DNA from: a bacterium
GTDB taxonomy: Bacteria; UBA8248
DNA: 64,000 bases
Direction: 5' to 3'
Assembly (NCBI GenBank): GCA_965219955.1
Contig: OZ244799.1
Span: 1,152,001 to 1,216,000 of the forward strand
Below the pieces are notes generated by a model. It had not been told where the DNA came from. It ran no database searches and saw only the letters and a program-made list of their open reading frames with translations. The position numbers and the translations under genes are program-made. This document shows, piece by piece, positions 18,428 through 27,499 of this stretch. The first letter of the stretch is position 1, and the number at the start of each line of letters is the position of its first letter.

Positions 18428-19453
18428 TCAGGCGAGGGGCGCCGGCTCCCTGTAGACATCCTTGTTCCGCATCAGCGCCCACGCGATGCGCGCCATCCGG
18501 TTCGCCAGCGCCACCGCCACCACCTTCCTCGGCTTGCGCGCCAGCATCCGCGCCAGCCACGGACACGGCGGCTTCCGGCGACGCCCCGCCCAGCGTATCT
18601 CCGACATCGCGCCCGATATCAACAGACGCCTCACGTCGCGCTGGCCCATCTTCGACATGCCCCCCAGACGGGGCTTGCCCCCCGTGGAGTGCTGCCGGGG
18701 AACCAGACCCAGCCAGGCCGAGAAGTCACGGCCCCGACGGAAGTTCTCCACCGGCGGCGCGAACGCCCGGATCGCCGACGCCGTAATCGGACCAACACCC
18801 GGGATGCTCATCAGACGCCGCGCCTCCTCGTCCGCGTATGCGCTCGCCCGGAGCCGTCCGGTCAACTCCCGGACCTTCGCATCGAGGCCGCCAATCTGGG
18901 CGAGCAGAATCCCGCCCAACTCGCGGACCTCCTCGGGCAGGCCCGATTCCGCTCCCCGAACCGCCGCCGCCAGCCGTGTGAGGCCCACGGGCCCTTGCCG
19001 CTCGACGACCCCGAACTCCGCCAGGTGGCTGCGCAGCGCGTTGCGCGCCTGCGTGCGCTGACCCACCAGCAAATCCCGCGTGCGGTACTCCATCCCACAC
19101 CCCTGCTGCGCTTCGCTCTTCACCGCCACGAAGCGCATCGTCGCCCGGGTGGCCGCCTCGCAAATGGCCTCCGCATCCGCCGCGTCGTTCTTGTGGCGCT
19201 TCACGTAGGGCTTCACGTAGACCGGCGGCATGAGCCGAACCTCATGGCCGAGCTTGCCGACCTCGCGCCCCCAGTAGTGCGCGCTCGCGCACGCCTCCAT
19301 CGCCACCACGCATCGAGGCTGCGACGACAGAAACTCCAGCACCTTCGCCCGCGTCAGCTTCTTGCGGAACGCGACCCGCCCGTCCGCCCACGCGCCGTGG
19401 AGTTGAAAACTGTGTTTCGCCAAGTCGACCCCGATGATGTAGACTCCTCCCAT
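18428..19453 (-). CDS. IS110-family DEDD transposase/recombinase
   Basis: IGVDLAK, VAMEAC, KNDAADAEAI (DEDD), SIPGVGPITA, GLVPRQHSTGGK (catalytic Ser); intact 341 aa; AAGGAG RBS. Confidence 0.96.
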   Translation of the reverse strand: MGGVYIIGVDLAKHSFQLHGAWADGRVAFRKKLTRAKVLEFLSSQPRCVVAMEACASAHYWGREVGKLGHEVRLMPPVYVKPYVKRHKNDAADAEAICEAATRATMRFVAVKSEAQQGCGMEYRTRDLLVGQRTQARNALRSHLAEFGVVERQGPVGLTRLAAAVRGAESGLPEEVRELGGILLAQIGGLDAKVRELTGRLRASAYADEEARRLMSIPGVGPITASAIRAFAPPVENFRRGRDFSAWLGLVPRQHSTGGKPRLGGMSKMGQRDVRRLLISGAMSEIRWAGRRRKPPCPWLARMLARKPRKVVAVALANRMARIAWALMRNKDVYREPAPLA

Positions 19454-19665
19454 GGTCGTCTCCTTCCGGGCGGTGTGTGACGTCGTCTCGCCACATTCTA
19501 ATCCGCCGGAAGGAGGCGTCCACCCCATCGCCCAATCGCTCGGACGAAAACACCGAAAGCGGGAGCACACACAGTCAGACATATATGTCTAACCCCTACG
19601 CCGAACCACTCAATTGGGGCTTTTACAACACCTCCCCCTATGCCGCCTGGGAAAATCTTTACCGG

Positions 19666-20415
19666 CTAGGCCAGAAAGAACCCGCCGTTCACGTCGATGG
19701 TGACGCCGGTGACGTGGCGCGCGTCTTCTGAGGCGAGGAAGGCGACGACGCCCGCGATATCCTCAGGGCTGCCGATGCGCCCCAGGGGCGTGGCGCCTTC
19801 GGTCCTTTTTCGTTGCTCATCGCTCATTTGTTCGAGGATGCGGTCGGTGCCGATGACGCCCGGCGCGACCGCGTTCACGTTGATGTTGTGGGGGCCGAAC
19901 TCGCGCGCCAGGTGGCGCGTGAGGCCGATGACGGCGGCCTTGGCGCTCGAATAGTGCGGCCCCTGGAGCACGCTGGCCGAGCGGCCCGCGACGGAGGAGA
20001 AATTGACGATCTTGCCGCCCCTTCGCTCCTGCATGTGGGGCAGCACCGCCCAGCAGGCGCGATAGGTCGTTTTCACGTTCATGTCGAACATCCTGTCGAA
20101 GGCCTCTTCGTCGATTTCCAGCGCCGTCCGGGGCAGGCCGGCCCCGACGCAGTTGACGAGGCCGTCGATGCGCCCGTGCGCCGAAATCGTATCCGTGAAA
20201 ACTTTTTTCACGTTTTCCGAGTCGAGCGCGTTGTAAGCCACGGCGCTCGCGTCGCCGACGCCTCCTGCCTTGACGAGACTGACGGTTTCTTCGCGTGATT
20301 CGGCGATGTCCATGCAGACGACGTGCGCGCCCTCGCGCGCGAGCCTGAGCGCGCTCGCCCGTCCGATGCCCCCGCCCGCGCCCGTGATGATGATGGTCTT
20401 GTTCTCGAAACGCAT
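19666..20415 (-). CDS. SDR family oxidoreductase
   Basis: ITGAGGGIG, YSSAK, NVNAVAPG, DVNGG. Confidence 0.93.
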   Translation of the reverse strand: MRFENKTIIITGAGGGIGRASALRLAREGAHVVCMDIAESREETVSLVKAGGVGDASAVAYNALDSENVKKVFTDTISAHGRIDGLVNCVGAGLPRTALEIDEEAFDRMFDMNVKTTYRACWAVLPHMQERRGGKIVNFSSVAGRSASVLQGPHYSSAKAAVIGLTRHLAREFGPHNINVNAVAPGVIGTDRILEQMSDEQRKRTEGATPLGRIGSPEDIAGVVAFLASEDARHVTGVTIDVNGGFFLA

Positions 20416-20606
20416 GCCTTTCCTCCTTTGGGTGATGCCGCATCCTAGCCCAGGTCGGAAAAAATGTCGCCCAAGTGTGGAGCGCTTCTCAGTCTGCGAA
20501 GAAGATGGTAATTTGCTCGTTCCATTCAACTGGAAACCCGCCCGAGGAGAAAGGTTGAAGGAAAATGAACGCACAAGGTCAGAAAGAAGATGAAGGGTAA
20601 AGTAAA

Positions 20607-21644
20607 ATGAAGTTCTCGATTTTTTACGTGATTTGCCCCGAGGGGGGCGAATCGGAAGCCGACGCCTACCAGAAGGTGATGGAGCAATGCCAGGCGGCGG
20701 ATGAACTCGGCTACCATTGCGCGTGGTTCGCGGAGCATCATTTCTCAAAGGTGGGCATGTGCCCGGACCCTTTGCTCTGGTGCGCCGCGCTGGCGCAGAA
20801 GACGAAGAACATCCGCCTCGGCACGGCGATATCGATCATGCCGTTCCACAACCCTGTGCGCCTGGCCGAGCAGGCGGCGGTGGTCGATTTGCTGAGCGGC
20901 GGGCGGCTCGAACTCGGCGTGGGCCGGGGTTCCCAGCCCAAGGAGTTCAAGACGTTCGGCGCAAGGCCTTCCGAGAGCAGAAGGCGGCTCGTCGAGGGCA
21001 TGGAGATCGTCTCGAGGCTCCTGGAAGGCGAGCAGGTGACCTTCGAGGGCGAGTTCTACCGCTGCAAGGACGTTGAAATCTTCCCAAAACCCCTCCAGAA
21101 GCCGAGGCCGCCCATCTGGCTGGCGGGCACGAGCCCCGAGACCTACACCTACGCGGGCGAGAACGGCTTCAAGATCATGGCTTCGGCCGGCTTCAAGGGA
21201 CCCCAGGTCTACCGCGACAAGATGAAGCTCTACGAGGAAGCCGTGGCGGCGGCGGGCGGCGACCTGTCCGATATCGACTACACCATGACGCACCGCTTCT
21301 ACGTCTGCGAGGAGGGCGAGCAGGCCGACTACCTCGAAAACTTCGAACGTGGACTGTCTTCCTACCTCGAATACCGCGCCCGGGTGAACGAGGTGGAGTT
21401 CACGGACGAGGAGGGAAGGCACCTCCAGCGCAACTGGAGCTACAAGCTCGACGTGCGCGAGTTCCTGAACGGCGGCGGCGTCATCGGCTCCGCGGAGGAG
21501 AACATTCAGGAGCTTTATCGCTTGAGGGATGATTTCGGGCTGAACCACGTGATTCTCGGCGTTTACGGCGACGGGATGAAGCACGAGGATTCTCTCAAGC
21601 TCCTTGAGAGATTCGCCAAAGAGGTCGCGCCCGCGATGGCCTGA
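20607..21644 (+). CDS. LLM-class (luciferase-like) flavin-dependent oxidoreductase
   Basis: WFAEHHF, IRLGTA, NPVRLAEQ...DLLSGGRLELGVGRG, PKPLQKPRPPIW. Confidence 0.92.
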   Translation: MKFSIFYVICPEGGESEADAYQKVMEQCQAADELGYHCAWFAEHHFSKVGMCPDPLLWCAALAQKTKNIRLGTAISIMPFHNPVRLAEQAAVVDLLSGGRLELGVGRGSQPKEFKTFGARPSESRRRLVEGMEIVSRLLEGEQVTFEGEFYRCKDVEIFPKPLQKPRPPIWLAGTSPETYTYAGENGFKIMASAGFKGPQVYRDKMKLYEEAVAAAGGDLSDIDYTMTHRFYVCEEGEQADYLENFERGLSSYLEYRARVNEVEFTDEEGRHLQRNWSYKLDVREFLNGGGVIGSAEENIQELYRLRDDFGLNHVILGVYGDGMKHEDSLKLLERFAKEVAPAMA

Positions 21645-21703
21645 CGCGCCGCTCACCCGGTGCGGCCACCCCTCGCGCGCGCAAGGCCGGGGAGGGTATC
21701 CGC

Positions 21704-22129
21704 ATGACATACGTGTTCGATTGGGACGACGGCGAAAAGATCGAGATGGTCGATATAGAACTGCCCCGGGGCTGGCGCATCCTCATCGACCCCCGGAACA
21801 CGAACTCCCGAATGCTCAGCATGGGGAATCAGGACATCCCCGTCGGCGGCGGCATCCCCGTCCATCTCCATGAGAAAGAAGAGGAAATCCTCTTCTTCCA
21901 CGAGGGCGAAGCCGAGGTGGAGGTGGACGGCGAGGTTTATCAGGTCAAGGCGGGCATGACCGCCTTTCTGCCCGTGGGCGTGGAGCACGGCCTGAGGAAC
22001 ACCGGCGACGTTCCCCTGAAACTCCTGTGGATGTTCTCACCGCCGGGATACGAAGAGATCTTCCGCCACATGGCGAACATCGACACGGACCACGGCAAGT
22101 ACGAAGAACTGCACCCGAGGGAGATGTAG
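21704..22129 (+). CDS. Cupin domain protein
   Basis: IPVHLHEKEEEI...G and P.GVEHGLRNTG cupin motifs. Confidence 0.88.
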   Translation: MTYVFDWDDGEKIEMVDIELPRGWRILIDPRNTNSRMLSMGNQDIPVGGGIPVHLHEKEEEILFFHEGEAEVEVDGEVYQVKAGMTAFLPVGVEHGLRNTGDVPLKLLWMFSPPGYEEIFRHMANIDTDHGKYEELHPREM

Positions 22130-22245
22130 GCGCGCGCGCGGAATCCCGCGCGGTCCCAAGGAAATCCCCAAGCGCCCATCCCGCGCGGACCCGAAGAAAC
22201 CCTTAAGCGTAAGCGCCCATCCCGCGCGCAGGCCCCAGCGAATCC

Positions 22246-22436
22246 TCATCCCGAGTAGGCGCGCTTGCGCGCCGTATCGAGGGACGCACGCCCACAACAA
22301 GTTCAGGCCAAGTCCTTCGATACAAACGCTCCTTTCTCAGTCGCGTTTTACCTTCGGCGGCCACTCAGGGTGAGGGGTGTCGGGCAATAGCGAAGCCTGC
22401 CCCGAGCGAAGTCGAGGGGCCGCTACTCGGGGTGAA
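22246..22436. repeat. TCATCC/TCGA palindromic repeat cluster
   Basis: Copy of the 13138 repeat, plus an uninterrupted CCTTCGATACAAACGCTCCTTTCTCAGTCGCGTTTTACCTTCGGCGGCCACTCAGGGTGA. Confidence 0.75.
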
Positions 22437-22558
22437 GGAGTGTTGTCCAGGGCGTAGGGGAGATTTCCTCGCTCCGGAGGGAACGCTCCAATGAATCGCC
22501 GGGCAGGCCCGGTGCCTGTCCCTGCCAGGGCGAGGACGGGGATGAGGGTGTGCAGGTT

Positions 22559-22933
22559 CTACTTCCCGGGTTCCTTCAAATCAATCTTCTCGATCCAGTA
22601 ATACTGCGAGAGCGTCCTCAGGCCCGACGGCGTGACGGAGACGAGCTCAGCCGTGGAGCCCTTGACGCCGCGCATGCTGCCGAGGTTCTGGTAGATGCGG
22701 ATGTGGAACTCCTCGGGCGGGAACTTCGCCGTGACGAGCAGGGCGAGCCTCGCGGGACCAGTCGCCAGGTGCGCCTTGAGTGCCGGCGTCAAGCGCGAGG
22801 GCGCCGTCGCGTAGCCGTATCCGTAATAGAGGGCGAACAGAAACGCCGCGGCGGCGAGGAACCGCACGGTGGGGTGCTGCGTCCAGCGGCGCTCGCTCTG
22901 GTCGCTCCCGGGAGTAGGTGTCGAGGCGTCCAT
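22559..22933 (-). CDS. Hypothetical membrane-anchored protein, last gene of the ABC operon
   Basis: 124 aa, one N-terminal hydrophobic helix, starts 3 nt after the permease stop. Confidence 0.7.
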   Translation of the reverse strand: MDASTPTPGSDQSERRWTQHPTVRFLAAAAFLFALYYGYGYATAPSRLTPALKAHLATGPARLALLVTAKFPPEEFHIRIYQNLGSMRGVKGSTAELVSVTPSGLRTLSQYYWIEKIDLKEPGK

Positions 22934-22936
22934 CTT

Positions 22937-23797
22937 CTAGTCAGGCCTCCAGACCATGCCCCACCTCTGGATGGTCCATCTCTCCAGCGGGATAAGAAGC
23001 AACCTGTCCGTGATCATCCACATGATGGCGATGACGAGCACGCCCAGGAACACCTCTTCAATCTTGTATTCGGCGGCGGAGACGAAGATCATGAAGCCCA
23101 GGCCGCTGTCGCCGCCTATCATCTCGGCTGCGATCAGCGCGCGCCAGCCGAAGCCCATGCTCATGCGCACGCCCGTGACGATGCTGGGCAGCGCGCCGGG
23201 GATATAGACCTGGGTGATGATGGCCCATCTGTTGCCGCCCATCGTCAGGACGGAGTTTTCATACACCCGAGGTACGCCCCGCACGCCCAGGAGCGTGTTG
23301 AAGAAGATGAGCCAGAACACGGTGTTCAGCAGGATGAAGAGCGTCGTGAGCCAGCCGGTGCCGAACCACACGATGGCCAGCGGCACCCAGGCGATGCCCG
23401 ATATGGCGTTCGCGAACACGCCGATGGGCTCGAGCGCATGGGCGAAGCGGCGGCTCATGCCTGCCAGCACGCCCAGGGCGATGCCCGAGGGAATGCCGAT
23501 GACGAGGCTCAGTCCCACGCGGCCCAGGCTCGAGAGGATGTGGTTCGTGAACAGGCACTCGTACTGCATCGTGAGGGCGGCGCTCGCGCCCGCGCAGCCT
23601 TCCGAGAGCGTGTAAACCGCCTCCCAGATGGTTCCGATGGGCGGAATGTACACCGGCGGGAGCCATTCCATCGAGGTGTTCATCTGCCACATGACGAGCA
23701 GGACGGCGAAGGGGATGCTTCCCAGCAATATCTTCCGCAGCCTCTGGCGGCCGAAGCGCTTCTGTAGGCCGATGGACGCCGCCTGGAGTACGCTCAT
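22937..23797 (-). CDS. ABC transporter permease, NitT/TauT/SsuC family
   Basis: IPGALPSIVTGVRMSMGFGWRALIAAEM..GLG. Confidence 0.92.
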   Translation of the reverse strand: MSVLQAASIGLQKRFGRQRLRKILLGSIPFAVLLVMWQMNTSMEWLPPVYIPPIGTIWEAVYTLSEGCAGASAALTMQYECLFTNHILSSLGRVGLSLVIGIPSGIALGVLAGMSRRFAHALEPIGVFANAISGIAWVPLAIVWFGTGWLTTLFILLNTVFWLIFFNTLLGVRGVPRVYENSVLTMGGNRWAIITQVYIPGALPSIVTGVRMSMGFGWRALIAAEMIGGDSGLGFMIFVSAAEYKIEEVFLGVLVIAIMWMITDRLLLIPLERWTIQRWGMVWRPD

Positions 23798-24618
23798 CGC
23801 TGTACGAGCCCCCACCGCTGGATGGTGTCCGCCTCGATGGGGCGCAGGGCGAAGCGGTCGATCATGATCCAGATGACGCCGATCATCACCATGCCGAGGA
23901 TGACCTGGGCGGTGAGGTCCGCGTCCTGTGAGGTGAAGATCATCCAGCCCAGGCCGCGCCTGCCCGCGAGCATCTCGCCCGCGATGACGGCCCGCCAGGC
24001 GTAGCCGATGCCCAGCCGGGCGCCTGTGGCGATGTGGGGCATGGCGCTCGGGATCAACACGTCCTTCACGATCCTGAGCCTTGAGGCTCCCAGCGTTCGC
24101 AGGGCGTTCACGAGTATCATCGGGGTGCTGCGCACGCCCGTCAGAACGTTAAAAGCTATCGGGAAAAAGCAGGTGTAGAGGATGACGACGAAGACCGTCT
24201 TCTCGCTGTTGCCCCACCAGACGACGATGATGGGAAGGATGGCGATGCCCGATATGGACTGAAAGAAGTTCATGATGGGGTAGAACATGTCCGAGACGGT
24301 GCGGTTCAGCCCCAGGGCGATGCCGAAGGGGATGCCGAGCAACAGGCCGATGGCGCTGCCGATGACGAGCCGCCACAGCGTCTGGCCGATGTAGTTGGGC
24401 AACAAACCCTTCCAGATGACGTCGTAGGAAGACAGGACGACCGAGACGGGCGAGGGCAGGTAGCGGCTCGGGTTGGGGATGTTCTGCGAGATGACGCTCC
24501 ACAGGACGAGAATCCCCGCGATGAGGAGCACGAGTTCGATACCGCCGCCCCGGATGAAACTCCTCCACCTTCTTGAACGCGCTTTTCCCCTAGGAACCGC
24601 CCCGCTACTCCTCGTCAT
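23794..24618 (-). CDS. ABC transporter permease, NitT/TauT/SsuC family
   Basis: LPSP, ALRTLGAS, IPSAMPHIATGARLGIGYAWRAVIAGEM. Confidence 0.92.
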   Translation of the reverse strand: MTRSSGAVPRGKARSRRWRSFIRGGGIELVLLIAGILVLWSVISQNIPNPSRYLPSPVSVVLSSYDVIWKGLLPNYIGQTLWRLVIGSAIGLLLGIPFGIALGLNRTVSDMFYPIMNFFQSISGIAILPIIVVWWGNSEKTVFVVILYTCFFPIAFNVLTGVRSTPMILVNALRTLGASRLRIVKDVLIPSAMPHIATGARLGIGYAWRAVIAGEMLAGRRGLGWMIFTSQDADLTAQVILGMVMIGVIWIMIDRFALRPIEADTIQRWGLVQR

Positions 24619-25393
24619 CGAACACCTCCTCGCGCACGAGGCGGAGAATTTCATCGCGCGGGTCGGTGTAGGCCTTCTCGGAGAGCAGGTCCTTCCAGAT
24701 GCGGTTTTCGCGCGGCACGTTGATCTTGACGGTGGCCTTGAGCTTCCCCGGACGGCGCGAGAAGATGAAGCACCTGTCACCGAGGAAAGCGGCCTCATCC
24801 ACGTTGTGCGTGATGAAGAGAATCGTCTTCTTCGTCGCGATGGCGATGCGGTTCAGCTCTTCCTGCAGGGTGATTCTCGTCTGGGCGTCCACGGCGGCGA
24901 AGGGCTCGTCCATCAGCATCACGACGGGGTTCGCGCAAAGCGTCCGCGCGAGGGCGCAGCGCTGCTTCATGCCGCCCGAGAGCTCGTGCGGGTAACGGTC
25001 CTCGAAACCCGAGAGGCCGACCAGGTCGACGAACTCCTGCACCCTCTGTTCCCGCTCGCTCCTGGCGACGCCCTGAATCTCCAGGCCGTGGCCGATGTTC
25101 CTCGCCACCGTGCGCCAGGGGAGGATGGCGTGTTCCTGGAACACCACGCCCCGGTCCGGCCCCGGCCCCCCCACCTCCTTGCCGTCCACCTGCACGCTGC
25201 CCTCGGTGTGGGGGAGAAGGCCCGCCAGGATGTTCAAGAGCGTGGTCTTGCCGCAGCCGCTCGGGCCGACGACGGCGGAGAACTCGCCGTCTTCCACGGA
25301 GAGGCTCACCCGATCCAGCGCGTGCACGTCCTCGCCCGTGTATTCGTCCGGATAATGGTGCGATAGTCCCTCGACGACCAGTTTCGCAGGCAT
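24605..25393 (-). CDS. ABC transporter ATP-binding protein, NitT/TauT family
   Basis: GPSGCGKTT, LSGGMKQR, LMDEPFAAVD, FITH. Confidence 0.95.
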   Translation of the reverse strand: MPAKLVVEGLSHHYPDEYTGEDVHALDRVSLSVEDGEFSAVVGPSGCGKTTLLNILAGLLPHTEGSVQVDGKEVGGPGPDRGVVFQEHAILPWRTVARNIGHGLEIQGVARSEREQRVQEFVDLVGLSGFEDRYPHELSGGMKQRCALARTLCANPVVMLMDEPFAAVDAQTRITLQEELNRIAIATKKTILFITHNVDEAAFLGDRCFIFSRRPGKLKATVKINVPRENRIWKDLLSEKAYTDPRDEILRLVREEVFDDEE

Positions 25394-25467
25394 GCGTATC
25401 CGTTCCTTTCCAAGCGCAATCCGCGCCCCGGCGAGACGTGCGGGGCGCGGATGTCAGGCGGCTTCGA

Positions 25468-26484
25468 CTATTTGAGGTCCTTGAACCACTCGGGGTGTTC
25501 CTTCATGGTCCGGTTGATGAACTGGAAGTCGAAGTACTTTTTGGGGTCGTAGGGACGCTTCATCTTCTTCTGGGCGATGAGCTGCTTCACCGAGAAGTTG
25601 AAGGCCTTGAGCGTGTTCTCGCCCAGGCGCGTGTCATACGTCCACCACTTGATGGTGCGCTTGATGAGGGCGGCGTCCATGCCGCGGACGTAACGCGCGC
25701 CGATTTTCGAGATCTCGTCGATGTTCTTGGGGTCGCGCACGTAGGCGGCCGCCTCGGACATGCCGTTCACGAACGCCTGGGTCGCCTTCTTGTCCTTGTA
25801 GACGCGCTCGGGCACACCGTGCATGCCCGCGCAGAAGCACACGTAGTCGCCGCCGCGCGACACGATGGAGGAACCCTTCACCTTGTCGACCATGCGGGTG
25901 AGGTAGGGCTCCCACGCCACCATGGCGTCCACGCCGCCCGAATCGAACAGCGAGACGAGGCTCGGCGGACGCACGTTGATGCGGCGCACGCCGCCCACGC
26001 CGATGCCGTTTCTCTCCAGCAGGGTGCGGAGGTAGAGGTCGCCGGTGGAGCCGAAGGTGGCGCCGATCTTCTTGCCCTTCAAATCCTTGATGCTCTTGAT
26101 GCCCTTTCCGGGGCGCACGGCGATACCCACCATCTCGTCCGTGGTGGATTTCTTGTAGGAGCCGCCGACGTAGCCCACGACGCCGCGCACCTTGATGCCG
26201 CGCTCGAGCGCCGCCGGCAGGTTGGTGAACGCGGCGGGAGCGAAGTCGATCTGTCCGGCCTTCAAGGATTTGGTGAGCTGGGCGCCCGTGTTGCGCACGA
26301 CGACTTTCCCGTCCAGCCCGTTCTTGGCGAAAAAGCCCTTGTCGACGCCGACGAAGACGATCATGCCGCCGGTGTTGCTGGCGGCGCCGAGCTTGAGCGT
26401 GGGCGCCGCCGAGGCGACCCCCGCCGCCGAGAGCGCGAAAGCAAACGCGACGGCCAGTGTGATACTGGTGAAATACCTCTTCAT
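25468..26484 (-). CDS. ABC transporter substrate-binding protein, NitT/TauT/SsuA family
   Basis: Signal peptide; KGFFAKNGLD, IKSIKDLKGKKIG, VDAMVAWEPY; GGAGG RBS. Confidence 0.92.
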   Translation of the reverse strand: MKRYFTSITLAVAFAFALSAAGVASAAPTLKLGAASNTGGMIVFVGVDKGFFAKNGLDGKVVVRNTGAQLTKSLKAGQIDFAPAAFTNLPAALERGIKVRGVVGYVGGSYKKSTTDEMVGIAVRPGKGIKSIKDLKGKKIGATFGSTGDLYLRTLLERNGIGVGGVRRINVRPPSLVSLFDSGGVDAMVAWEPYLTRMVDKVKGSSIVSRGGDYVCFCAGMHGVPERVYKDKKATQAFVNGMSEAAAYVRDPKNIDEISKIGARYVRGMDAALIKRTIKWWTYDTRLGENTLKAFNFSVKQLIAQKKMKRPYDPKKYFDFQFINRTMKEHPEWFKDLK

Positions 26485-26650
26485 TGCTAGCCTCCAATAA
26501 TGCGAGATGAATAGAAGCGGCCACATCCGGAAGATGTCGTGGCCGTGAACGTATGATGACGAAAATTCGTATCGAATCATGGCATTGTTGAGGAAGAGCA
26601 CCCGGGACGCAAGCGCCCGCGCACCCTCCGGAATCCGTGCATCCTTCGCG

Positions 26651-27487
26651 CTATTGCGCCTGCACGATGGGCGTGTCGTCGCGGTTGCCCCATTCCTTCC
26701 AGGAGCTCATGTAGTTTTTTACCCTGGGGTAGTCCAGGAGCCGCAGGGCGAAGTAACCGTGCGCCGCACGGTAGCCCGTCTGTCAGTAGGCGGTCACTTC
26801 TTTTTCGGGCGTGACGCCGATGGCCTCGAACTGCGCGCGAAGCTCATCGGCTGGCTTCATCTCGCCCTCGGGCGTCAGGTGCTGGAGCCACTCCTGCCAG
26901 ACCGCGCCGGGGATGATGCCGCTGCGCCTGGCGCGCGTGCTGCGCCCCTCCCACTCCTCAACCGAGCGGGTGTCGAGCAGCATGTGGTTGTCGTCCTCGA
27001 TGGCCGCCAGAACGTCCTCGCGCGTGGCGAGTCGGCCCGGCTCGAACGCCATCTCGAATGCGGTGGCCTTGGGCACTTCGGCGTCGCGCGTCGTCTCGTA
27101 GCCCGCCCGCTCCCAGGCGCGGTAGCCGCCGTCGAGCACGTGGACGTCCTTGTGGCCGAAAAGCTCCAGCATCCAGAAGCCGCGCACGCTCGTGTTGCCG
27201 ACGAAGTCGTCGTAGAAGACGATGGTGTTCTCGAACGACACCCCGCGGTTCCCCAGCAGAAACGCCCACATGGCGAAGAAATTCCTCAAGGGCGCCTCGT
27301 CCGAATCGTCGCTGTTCACGCCGTAGACGTCGAAGTGCCGCGCGCCGGGGATGTGGCCCATCGTGTAGCGCTCGCCGGGGCGCGTGTCGATGATTCTTAA
27401 ACCAGGGTCGTCCATGCGTGTTTTAAGTTGTTCGGCCGACCAGAGCAGGCCGGGGTTCGCATACCCTTTCGGGTTGTCGCTCGTCAT
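26651..27487 (-). CDS. Tandem-domain sulfurtransferase (rhodanese, SseA/TST type), probable selenoprotein with UGA at the catalytic position
   Basis: GHIPGA, VLDGG, LLDTRS..E..G, G.IPGA; reading through TGA (26783-26785) gives AY-U-QTGYRAAHGYFALRLLDYPRVKNYMSSWKEWGNRDDTPIVQAQ*, the normal active-site loop and C-terminal signature; 278 aa. Confidence 0.88.
26744..26782 (-). promoter_or_regulatory. Putative bacterial SECIS element
   Basis: Immediately 3' of UGA: CAGACGGGCU-ACCGUGC-GGC-GCACGGU-UACUUCGCCCUG; perfect 7-bp upper stem, G-first loop 17 nt from UGA, lower GGGC/GCCC stem. Confidence 0.7.
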
Positions 27488-27499
27488 GGTGTTCTCCTC

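Larger units (their letters stand above)
18156..19528 (-). mobile_element. IS110-family (IS1111-type) insertion sequence inserted in a GTAG-REP
   Basis: Subterminal IRs TGGACGCC (18160-18167) / GGCGTCCA (19515-19522); CG core on both sides (18154-55, 19529-30); removing it restores GTAGGGGCGGACCTGCGTGTCCGCCC. Confidence 0.9.

Noticed and set aside
22140-22240. About 2.5 copies of a 35-41 nt unit containing ATCCCGCGCG, considered as a mini-CRISPR
   Set aside because: The units are adjacent degenerate tandem repeats without unique spacers, and there are no cas genes in the window
26783-27487. Truncated rhodanese pseudogene interpretation
   Set aside because: The stop is UGA exactly at the catalytic site, the downstream frame is intact and a SECIS-like hairpin follows; Sec recoding fits better, though it is unproven
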